Below are positions 53,501-64,000 of a stretch of 64,000 bases of DNA, one piece after another. Under the pieces are notes generated by a model that searched no databases, was not told the DNA's origin, and was given only the letters and a program-made list of their open reading frames with translations. Made by a program: the position numbers and the translations under genes. Origin of the DNA: the human T2T-CHM13v2.0 reference genome, Homo sapiens; NCBI RefSeq assembly GCF_009914755.1, contig NC_060941.1. The stretch is one strand, 5' to 3'. How positions within the stretch are numbered: the stretch's first letter is position 1; each line of letters starts with the position of its first letter.

Positions 53501-56500
53501 TCACATAAAAACTATACAGATGCATTCTCAGGAACTTTTTGGTGATGTTTGTATTCAACTCCCAGAGTTGAACTTTCCTTTGGAAAGAGCAGCTATGAAA
53601 CACTCTTTTTCTAGAATCTGCAAGTGGACGTTTGGAGGGCTTTGTGGTTTGTGGTGGAAAAGGAAATATCTTCACCTAAATACTACATAGAAGCATTCTC
53701 AGAAACTGCTTTGTGATGATTGCATTCACCTCACAGAGTTGAACATTCCTATTGATAGAGGAGTTTGGAAACACTCCTGTTGTGGAATGTGCAAGTGTAG
53801 ATTTGGAGCGCTTTGAGGCCTATGGTAGTAAAGGGAATAACTTCATAGAAAAACTAGACAGAAGCATTCTCAGAAAATACTTTGTGATGATTGAGTTTAA
53901 CTCACAGAGCTGAACATTCCTTTGGATGGAGCAGGTTTGAGACACACTTTTTGTAGAATCTACAAGTGGATATTTCGACCTCTCTGAGGATTTCGTTGGA
54001 AACGGGATAACTGCACCTAACTAAACGGAAGCATTCTCAGAAACTTCTTGGTGATGTTTGCATTCAAATCCCAGAGTTGAACCTTCCTTTGATAGTTCAG
54101 GTTTGAAACACTCTTTTTGTAGGATCTGCAAGTGGATATTTGGACCACTCTGTGGCCTTCGTTCGAAACGGGTACATCTTCGCATAAAATCTAGACAGAA
54201 GCCTTCTCAGAAACTTCTCTGTGATGATTGCATTCAACTCACAGAGTTGAACCCTCCTATGGATAGAGCAGTGTTGAAACTCTCTTTTTGTGGAATCTGC
54301 AAGTGGATATGTGGACCTCTCCGAAGATGTCTTTGGAAACGGGAATATCTTCACATAAAAACTAAACAGAAGCATTCTCAGAACCTTCTCTGTGATGTTT
54401 GTGTTCAACTCCCAGAGTTTCACATTGCTTTTCATAGAGTAGTTCTGAAACATGCTTTTCGTAGTGTCTGCAAGTGGACATTTGGAGCGCTTTCAGGCCT
54501 GTGGTGGAAAACGAATTATGGTCACATAAAAACTGGAGAGAAGCATTGTCAGAAACTTCTTTGTGATGATTGCATTCAACTCACAGAGTTGCAGGTTCCT
54601 TTTCAAACAGCAGTTTCCAATCACACTTTCTGTGGAATCTGCAAGTGGATGTTTGGACCTCTTTGAAGATTTCGTTGGAAACGGGAGAATCTTCACAGAA
54701 AAGCTAAACAGAAGCATTCTCAGAAACTTCTTTGTGATGCTTGCATTCAACTCACAGAGTTGAACTTTCCTTTCGAGAGAGAAGCTTTGAAACACTCTGT
54801 TTCCAGAATCTGCAAGTGGACATTTGGAGGGCTTTGAGGCCTGTGGTGGAAAAGGAATTATCTTCCCGTAAAAGCTAGATAGAAGCATTCTCAGAAACTA
54901 CTTTGTGATGATTGCATTCAAGTCACAGAGCTGAACATTCCCTTTGACAGAGCAGTTTGGAAAATCTCTTTGTGTAGAATCTGCAAGTGGAGGTATGGAA
55001 TGCTTTGAGGACTATGGTAGTAAAGGAAATAGCTTCATATAAAAGCTAGACAGTAGCATTCACAGAAAACTCTTGGTGACGACTGAGTTTAACTCACAGA
55101 GCTGAACATTCCTTTGGATGGAGCATTTTCGAAACACACTATTTGTAGAATCTGCAAGTGGATATTTTGGCCTCTCTGAGGATTTCGATGGAAACGGGAT
55201 AAACCGCACAGAACTAAAACAGAAGCATTCTCAGAACCCTCTTCGTGATGTTTGCATTCAACTCACAGTGCTGAAACTTTCTTTGATAGTTCAGCTTTGA
55301 AACACTCTTTTTGTAGAAACTGCAAGTGGATACTTGGTCCTCTCTGAGGATTTCGTTGGAAAAGGGATAAACCGCACAGAACTAAACAGAAGCATTCTCA
55401 GAACCTTCTTCGTGATGTCTGCATTCAACTCACAGTGTGGAACCTTTCTTTGATAGTTCAGGTTTGAAACACTCTTTTTGTAGAGACTGCAAGGGGATAA
55501 TTGCACTTCTTTGAGGCCTACCGTAGTAAAGGAAATAACTTCCTATAAAAAGAAGACAGAAGCTTTCTCAGAAAATTCTTTGGGATGATTGAGTTGAACT
55601 CACAGAGCTGAACATTCCTTGCGATGGAGCAGTTTAGAAACACACTTTCTGCAGAATCTGCAAGTGCATATTTGGACCTCTCTGAGGAATTCGTTGGAAA
55701 CGGGATAATTTCAGCTGACTAAACAGAAGCAGTCTCAGAATCTTCTTTGTGATGTTTGCATCCAAATCCCAGAGTTGAACTTTCCTTTCAAAGTTCACGT
55801 TTGAAACACTCTTTTTGCAGGATCTACAAGTGGATATTTGGACCACTCTGTGTCCTTCGTTCGAAACGGGTATATCTTCACATGACATCTAGACAGAAGC
55901 ATTCTCAGAAGCTTCTCTGTGATGACTGCATTCAACTCACGGAGTTGAACACTCCTTTTGAGAGCGCAGTTTTGAAACTCTCTTTCTGTGGCATCTGCAA
56001 GGGGACATGTAGACCTCTTTGAAGATTTCGTTGGAAACGGAATCATCTTCACATCAAAACTATACAGATACATTCTCAGGAACTTTTTGGTGATGTTTGT
56101 ATTCAACTCCCAGAGTTGAACTTTCCTTTGGAAAGAGCAGCTATGAAACACTCTTTTTCTAGAATCTGCAAGTGGACGTTTGGAGGGCTTTGTGGTTTGT
56201 GGTGGAAAAGGAAATATCTTCACCTAAATACTAGATAGAAGCATTCTCAGAAACTGCTTTGTGATGATTGCATTCACCTCACAGAGTTGAACATTCCTAT
56301 TCATAGAGGAGTTTGGAAACACTCCTGTTGTGGAATGTGCAAGTGGAGATTTGGAGCGCTTTGAGGCCTATGGTAGTAAAGGGAATAACTTCATAGAAAA
56401 ACTAGACAGAAGCATTCTCAGAAAATACTTTGTGATGATTGAGTTTAACTCACAGAGCTGAACATTCCTTTGGATGGAGCAGGTTTGAGACACACTTTTT

Positions 56501-58234
56501 GTAGAATCTACAAGTGGATATTTGGACCTCTCTGAGGATTTCGTTGGAAACGGGATAACTGCACCTAACTAAACGGAAGCATTCTCAGAAACTTCTTGGT
56601 GATGTTTGCATTCAAATCCCAGAGTTGAACCTTCCTTTGATAGTTCAGGTTTGAAACACTCTTTTTGTAGGATCTGCAAGTGGATATTTGGACCACTCTG
56701 TGGCCTTCGTTCGAAACGGGTACATCTTCGCATAAAATCTAGACAGAAGCCTTCTCAGAAACTTCTCTGTGATGATTGCATTCAACTCACAGAGTTGAAC
56801 CCTCCTATGGATAGAGCAGTGTTGAAACTCTCTTTTTGTGGAATCTGCAAGTGGATATGTGGACCTCTCCAAAGATGTCTTTGGAAACGGGAATATCTTC
56901 ACATAAAAACTAAACAGAAGCATTCTCAGAAACTTCTCTGTGATGTTTGTGTTCAACTCCCAGAGTTTCACATTGCTTTTCATAGAGTACTTCTGAAACA
57001 TGCTTTTCGTAGTGTCTGCAAGTGGACATTTGGAGCGCTTTCAGGCCTGTGGTGGAAAACGAATTATGGTCACATAAAAACTGGAGAGAAGCATTGTCAG
57101 AAACTTCTTTGTGATGATTGCATTTAACTCACAGAGTTGCAGGTTCCTTTTCAAACAGCAGTTTCCAATCACACTTTCTGTGGAATCTGCAAGTGGATGT
57201 TTGGACCTCTTTGAAGATTTTGTTGGAAACGGGAGAATCTTCACAGAAAAGCTAAACAGAAGCATTCTCAGAAACTTCTTTGTGATGCTTGCATTCAACT
57301 CACAGAGTTGAACTTTCCTTTCGAGAGAGAAGCTTTGAAACACTCTTTTTCCAGAATCTGCAAGTGGACATTTGGAGGGCTTTGAGGCCTGTGGTGGAAA
57401 AGGAATTATCTTCCCGTAAAAGCTAGATAGAAGCATTCTCAGAAACTACTTTGTGATGATTGCATTCAAGTCACAGAGCTGAACATTCCCTTTGACAGAG
57501 CAGTTTGGAAACTCTCTTTGTGTAGAATCTGCAAGTGTAGGTATGGAATGCTTTGAGGACTATGGTAGTAAAGGAAATAGCTTCATATAAAAGCTAGACA
57601 GTAGCATTCACAGAAAACTCTTGGTGACGACTGAGTTTAACTCACAGAGCTGAATATTCCTTTGGATGGAGCAGTTTCGAAACACACTATTTGTAGAATC
57701 TGCAAGTGGATATTTGGGCCTCTCTGAGGATTTCGATGGAAACGGGATAAACCGCACAGAACTAAAACAGAAGCATTCTCAGAACCCTCTTCGTGATGTT
57801 TGCATTCAACTCACAGTGCTGAAACTTTCTTTGATAGTTCAGCTTTGAAACACTCTTTTTGTAGAAACTGCAAGTGGATACTTGGTCCTCTCTGAGGATT
57901 TCGTTGGAAAAGGGATAAACCGCACAGAACTAAACAGAAGCATTCTCAGAACCTTCTTCGTGATGTCTGCATTCAACTCACAGTGTGGAACCTTTCTTTG
58001 ATAGTTCAGGTTTGAAACACTCTTTTTGTAGAGACTGCAAGGGGATAATTGCACTTCTTTGAGGCCTACCATAGTAAAGGAAATAACTTCCTATAAAAAG
58101 AAGACAGAAGCTTTCTCAGAAAATTCTTTGGGATGATTGAGTTGAACTCACAGAGCTGAACATTCCTTGCGATGGAGCAGTTTAGAAACACACTTTCTGC
58201 AGAATCTGCAAGTGCATATTTGGACCTCTCTGAG
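50591..58234 (+). repeat. Three 2548-bp 15-mer HOR units
   Basis: EcoRI at 50591, 53139, 55687 and 58235. Confidence 0.93.
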
Positions 58235-59590
58235 GAATTCGTTGGAAACGGGATAATTTCAGCTGACTAAACAGAAGCAGTCTCAGAATCTTCTTTGTGA
58301 TGTTTGCATTCAAATCCCAGAGTTGAACTTTCCTTTCAAAGTTCACGTTTGAAACACTCTTTTTGCAGGATCTACAAGTGGATATTTGGACCACTCTGTG
58401 TCCTTCGTTCGAAAAGGGTATATCTTCACATGACATCTAGACAGAAGCATTCTCAGAAGCTTCTCTGTGATGACTGCATTCAACTCACGGAGTTGAACAC
58501 TCCTTTTGAGAGCGCAGTTTTGAAACTTTCTTTCTGTGGCATCTGCAAGGGGACATGTAGACCTCTTTGAAGATTTCGTTGGAAACGGAATCATCTTCAC
58601 ATAAAAACTATACAGATGCATTCTCAGGAACTTTTTGGTGATGTTTGTATTCAACTCCCAGAGTTGAACTTTCCTTTGGAAAGAGCAGCTATGAAACACT
58701 CTTTTTCTAGAATCTGCAAGTGGACGTTTGGAGGGCTTTGTGGTTTGTGGTGGAAAAGGAAATATCTTCACCTAAATACTACATAGAAGCATCCTCAGAA
58801 ACTGCTTTGTGATGATTGCATTCACCTCACAGAGTTGAACATTCCTATTGATAGAGGAGTTTGGAAACTCTCTTTGTGTAGAATCTGCAAGTGGAGATAT
58901 GGAATGCTTTGAGGACTATGGTAGTAAAGGAAATAGCTTCATATAAAAGCTAGACAGTAGCATTCACAGAAAACTCTTGGTGACGACTGAGTTTAACTCA
59001 CAGAGCTGAACATTCCTTTGGATGGAGCAGTTTCGAAACACACTATTTGTAGAATCTGCAAGTGGATATTTGAGCCTCTCTGAGGATTTCGATGGAAACC
59101 GGATAAACCGCACAGAACTAAAACAGAAGCATTCTCAGAACCCTCTTCGTGATGTTTGCATTCAACTCACAGTGCTGAAACTTTCTTTGATAGTTCAACT
59201 TTGAAACACTCTTTTTGTAGAAACTGCAAGTGGATACTTGGTCCTCTCTGAGGATTTCGTTGGAAAAGCGATAAACCGCACAGAACTAAACAGAAGCATT
59301 CTCAGAACCTTCTTCGTGATGTCTGCATTCAACTCACAGTGTGGAACCTTTCTTTGATAGTTCAGGTTTGAAACACTCTTTTTGTAGAGACTGCAAGGGG
59401 ATAATTGCACTTCTTTGAGGCCTACCGTAGTAAAGGAAATAACTTCCTATAAAAAGAAGACAGAAGCTTTCTCAGAAAATTCTTTGGGATGATTGAGTTG
59501 AACTCACAGAGCTGAACATTCCTTGCGATGGAGCAGTTTAGAAACACACTTTCTGCAGAATCTGCAAGTGCATATTTGGACCTCTCTGAG
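58235..59590 (+). repeat. 8-mer HOR variant (1356 bp)
   Basis: EcoRI at 58235 and 59591. D/D'' hybrid monomer with junction at 58858-58868. Confidence 0.92.
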
Positions 59591-62500
59591 GAATTCGTTG
59601 GAAACGGGATAATTTCAGCTGACTAAACAGAAGCAGTCTCAGAATCTTCTTTGTGATGTTTGCATTCAAATCCCAGAGTTGAACTTTCCTTTCAAAGTTC
59701 ACGTTTGAAACACTCTTTTTGCAGGATCTACAAGTGGATATTTGGACCACTCTGTGTCCTTCGTTCGAAACGGGTATATCTTCACATGACATCTAGACAG
59801 AAGCATTCTCAGAAGCTTCTCTGTGATGACTGCATTCAACTCACGGAGTTGAACACTCCTTTTGAGAGCGCAGTTTTGAAACTCTCTTTCTGTGGCATCT
59901 GCAAGGGGACATGTAGACCTCTTTGAAGATTTCGTTGGAAACGGAATCATCTTCACATCAAAACTATACAGATACATTCTCAGGAACTTTTTGGTGATGT
60001 TTGTATTCAACTCCCAGAGTTGAACTTTCCTTTGGAAAGAGCAGCTATGAAACACTCTTTTTCTAGAATCTGCAAGTGGACGTTTGGAGGGCTTTGTGGT
60101 TTGTGGTGGAAAAGGAAATATCTTCACCTAAATACTACATAGAAGCATTCTCAGAAACTGCTTTGTGATGATTGCATTCACCTCACAGAGTTGAACATTC
60201 CTATTGATAGAGGAGTTTGGAAACACTCCTGTTGTGGAATGTGCAAGTGGAGATTTGGAGCGCTTTGAGGCCTATGGTAGTAAAGGGAATAACTTCATAG
60301 AAAAACTAGACAGAAGCATTCTCAGAAAATACTTTGTGATGATTGAGTTGAACTCACAGAGCTGAACATTCCTTTGGATGGAGCAGGTTTGAGACACACT
60401 TTTTGTAGAATCTACAAGTGGATATTTGGACCTCTCTGAGGATTTCGTTGGAAACGGGATAACTGCACCTAACTAAACGGAAGCATTCTCAGAAACTTCT
60501 TGGTGATGTTTGCATTCAAATCCCAGAGTTGAACCTTCCTTTGATAGTTCAGGTTTGAAACACTCTTTTTGTAGGATCTGCAAGTGGATATTTGGACCAC
60601 TCTGTGGCCTTCGTTCGAAACGGGTACATCTTCGCATAAAATCTAGACAGAAGCCTTCTCAGAAACTTCTCTGTGATGATTGCATTCAACTCACAGAGTT
60701 GAACACTCCTATGGATAGAGCAGTGTTGAAACTCTCTTTTTGTGGAATCTGCAAGTGGATATATGTGGACCTCTCCGAAGATGTCTTTGGAAACGGGAAT
60801 ATCTTCACATAAAAACTAAACAGAAGCATTCTCAGAAACTTCTCTGTGATGTTTGTGTTCAACTCCCAGAGTTTCACATTGCTTTTCATAGAGTAGTTCT
60901 GAAACATGCTTTTCGTAGTGTCTGCAAGTGGACATTTGGAGCGCTTTCAGGCCTGTGGTGGAAAACGAATTATGGTCACATAAAAACTGGAGAGAAGCAT
61001 TGTCAGAAACTTCTTTGTGATGATTGCATTCAACTCACAGAGTTGCAGGTTCCTTTTCAAACAGCAGTTTCCAATCACACTTTCTGTGGAATCTGCAAGT
61101 GGATGTTTGGACCTCTTTGAAGATTTCGTTGGAAACGGGAGAATCTTCACAGAAAAGCTAAACAGAAGCATTCTCAGAAACTTCTTTGTGATGCTTGCAT
61201 TCAACTCACAGAGTTGAACTTTCCTTTCGAGAGAGAAGCTTTGAAACACTCTTTTTCCAGAATCTGCAAGTGGACATTTGGAGGGCTTTGAGGCCTGTGG
61301 TGGAAAAGGAATTATCTTCCCGTAAAAGCTAGATAGAAGCATTCTCAGAAACTACTTTGTGATGATTGCATTCAAGTCACAGAGCTGAACATTCCCTTTG
61401 ACAGAGCAGTTTGGAAACTCTCTTTGTGTAGAATCTGCAAGTGGAGGTATGGAATGCTTTGAGGACTATGGTAGTAAAGGAAATAGCTTCATATAAAAGC
61501 TAGACAGTAGCATTCACAGAAAACTCTTGGTGACGACTGAGTTTAACTCACAGAGCTGAATATTCCTTTGGATGGAGCAGTTTCGAAACACACTATTTGT
61601 AGAATCTGCAAGTGGATATTTGGGCCTCTCTGAGGATTTCGATGGAAACGGGATAAACCGCACAGAACTAAAACAGAAGCATTCTCAGAACCCTCTTCGT
61701 GATGTTTGCATTCAACTCACAGTGCTGAAACTTTCTTTGATAGTTCAGCTTTGAAACACTCTTTTTGTAGAAACTGCAAGTGGATACTTGGTCCTCTCTG
61801 AGGATTTCGTTGGAAAAGGGATAAACCGCACAGAACTAAACAGAAGCATTCTCAGAACCTTCTTCGTGATGTCTGCATTCAACTCACAGTGTGGAACCTT
61901 TCTTTGATAGTTCAGGTTTGAAACACTCTTTTTGTAGAAACTGCAAGGGGATAATTGCACTTCTTTGAGGCCTACCATAGTAAAGGAAATAACTTCCTAT
62001 AAAAAGAAGACAGAAGCTTTCTCAGAAAATTCTTTGGGATGATTGAGTTGAACTCACAGAGCTGAACATTCCTTGCGATGGAGCAGTTTAGAAACACACT
62101 TTCTGCAGAATCTGCAAGTGCATATTTGGACCTCTCTGAGGAATTCGTTGGAAACGGGATAATTTCAGCTGACTAAACAGAAGCAGTCTCAGAATCTTCT
62201 TTGTGATGTTTGCATTCAAATCCCAGAGTTGAACTTTCCTTTCAAAGTTCACGTTTGAAACACTCTTTTTGCAGGATCTACAAGTGGATATTTGGACCAC
62301 TCTGTGTCCTTCGTTCGAAACGGGTATATCTTCACATGACATCTAGACAGAAGCATTCTCAGAAGCTTCTCTGTGATGACTGCATTCAACTCACGGAGTT
62401 GAACACTCCTTTTGAGAGCGCAGTTTTGAAACTCTCTTTCTGTGTCATCTGCAAGGGGACATGTAGACCTCTTTGAAGATTTCGTTGGAAACGGAATCAT

Positions 62501-64000
62501 CTTCACATAAAAACTATACAGATGCATTCTCAGGAACTTTTTGGTGATGTTTGTATTCAACTCCCAGAGTTGAACTTTCCTTTGGAAAGAGCAGCTATGA
62601 AACACTCTTTTTCTAGAATCTGCAAGTGGACGTTTGGAGGGCTTTGTGGTTTGTGGTGGAAAAGGAAATATCTTCACCTAAATACTACATAGAAGCATTC
62701 TCAGAAACTGCTTTGTGATGATTGCATTCACCTCACAGAGTTGAACATTCCTATTGATAGAGGAGTTTGGAAACACTCCTGTTGTGGAATGTGCAAGTGG
62801 AGATTTGGAGCGCTTTGAGGCCTATGGTAGTAAAGGGAATAACTTCATAGAAAAACTAGACAGAAGCATTCTCAGAAAATACTTTGTGATGATTGAGTTT
62901 AACTCACAGAGCTGAACATTCCTTTGGATGGAGCAGGTTTGAGACACACTTTTTGTAGAATCTACACGTGGATATTTGGACCTCTCTGAGGATTTCTTTG
63001 GAAACGGGATAACTGCACCTAACTAAACGGAAGCATTCTCAGAAACTTCTTGGTGATGTTTGCATTCAAATCCCAGAGTTGAACATTCCTTTGACAGTTC
63101 AGGTTTGAAACACTCTTTTTGTAGGTTCTGCAAGTGGATATTTGGACCACTCTGTGGCCTTCGTTCGAAACGGGTACATCTTCGCATAAAATCTAGACAG
63201 AAGCCTTCTCAGAAACTTCTCTGTGATGATTGCATTCAACTCACAGAGTTGAACACTCCTATGGATAGAGCAGTGTTGAAACTCTCTTTTTGTGGAATCT
63301 GCAAGTGGATATGTGGACCTCTCCGAAGATGTCTTTGGAAACGGGAATATCTTCACATAAAAACTAAACAGAAGCATTCTCAGAACCTTCTCTGTGATGT
63401 TTGTGTTCAACTCCCAGAGTTTCACATTGCTTTTCATAGAGTAGTTCTGAAACATGCTTTTCGTAGTGTCTGCAAGTGGACGTTTGGAGCGCTTTCAGGC
63501 CTGTGGTGGAAAAGGAATTATGGTCACATAAAAACTGGAGAGAAGCATTGTCAGAAACTTCTTTGTGATGATTGCATTCAACTCACAGAGTTGAAGGTTC
63601 CTTTTCAAACAGCAGTTTCCAAACACCCTTTCTGTGGAATCTGCAAGTGGATGTTTGGACCTCTTGGAAGATTTCGTTGGAAACGGGAGAATCTTCACAG
63701 AAAAGCTAAACAGAAGCATTCTCAGAAACTTCTTTGTGATGCTTGCATTCAACTCACAGAGTTGAACTTTCCTTTCGAGAGAGAAGCTTTGAAACACTCT
63801 TTTTCCAGAATCTGCAAGTGGACATTTGGAGGGCTTTGAGGCCTGTGGTGGAAAAGGAATTATCTTCCCGTAAAAGCTAGATAGAAGCATTCTCAGAAAC
63901 TACTTTGTGATGATTGCATTCAAGTCACAGAGCTGAACATTCCCTTTGACAGAGCAGTTTGGAAACTCTCTTTGTGTAGAATCTGCAAGTGGAGATATGG
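59591..64000 (+). repeat. 15-mer (2550 bp, 2-bp insertion) plus a partial final unit
   Basis: EcoRI at 59591 and 62141. GGATATATGTGG at about 60757-60768 versus GGATATGTGG in other copies. Confidence 0.9.

Larger units (their letters stand above)
1..64000 (+). repeat. Centromeric alpha-satellite HOR array, SF3 pentameric type, chr17 D17Z1-like (16-mer/15-mer)
   Basis: About 171-bp periodic motifs (CATTCTCAGAAACT..GTGATG..TTCAACTCACAGAGTTGAAC..TTTGAAACACTC..TGCAAGTGGATATTTGG) run throughout. Second-level period is 2713-2715 bp or 2545-2550 bp, with one conserved EcoRI site per unit. Alpha-satellite identity is certain. D17Z1 is inferred from the 2.7-kb EcoRI 16-mer and the recalled chr17 motif AATTCGTTGGAAACGGGATAATTTCAGCTG. 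Confidence 0.97.

Noticed and set aside
60755-60770. 2-bp TA insertion that frameshifts the 202-aa ORF (apparent pseudogene)
   Set aside because: This is simple dinucleotide slippage or a sequencing error in non-coding satellite, not gene inactivation.
1615-63839. Recurrent 202-259 aa plus-strand ORFs and 66-142 aa minus-strand ORFs with Cys/His-rich look
   Set aside because: They are translations of alpha-satellite monomers: 171 bp equals 57 codons, so the frame is kept and motifs such as KHSQKLLCD repeat every 57 aa. Many begin at non-ATG codons. There is no recognisable domain or zinc-finger spacing, and the 259-aa extension is a single TGA to GGA SNV.
1-64000. CRISPR-like array of conserved motifs at regular spacing
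   Set aside because: The intervening sequences are homologous to each other rather than unique spacers, the period is about 171 bp, and there are no cas genes.
1-64000. Embedded L1/Alu or other foreign insertion, or an inversion
   Set aside because: Every unit length is a whole number of monomers within a few bp. I saw no poly-A tail, target-site duplication or strand switch.
1-64000. Known D17Z1 13-mer or 14-mer variants, or assignment to the 14-mer D17Z1-B/C arrays
   Set aside because: No unit of about 2.2 or 2.38 kb is present; observed sizes are 16, 15, 11, 10, 9 and 8 monomers. The exact sub-array and species cannot be confirmed without alignment.

Overview
The whole 64 kb window is uninterrupted primate centromeric alpha-satellite DNA, about 376 monomers of 167-171 bp, all head-to-tail on one strand. 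It is organised as a higher-order repeat (HOR) of the pentameric SF3 type. The base unit is a 16-monomer repeat of about 2715 bp with one conserved EcoRI site (GAATTCGTTGGAAACGGGATAATTTCAGCTG), which fits the human chromosome 17 D17Z1 family; this assignment is from recall, not a search. I use my own monomer labels: A B C D E / A' B' C' / B'' C'' D'' E'' / X1 X2 X3 / E'''. EcoRI spacing gives nine 16-mers, twelve 15-mers, single 11-, 10-, 9- and 8-mer variants, and partial units at both ends. Left of about 38.5 kb the array is a heterogeneous 16/15-mer mix; right of it lies a distinct haplotype built on a 2548-bp 15-mer with fewer intact CENP-B boxes. All listed ORFs are artefacts of the repeat. 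I saw no genes, transposon insertions or inversions, and no new gene system. The interest lies in the record of HOR turnover: independent 15-mer origins, exact deletion junctions, local triplications and multi-HOR duplications. All SNV comparisons were made by eye.
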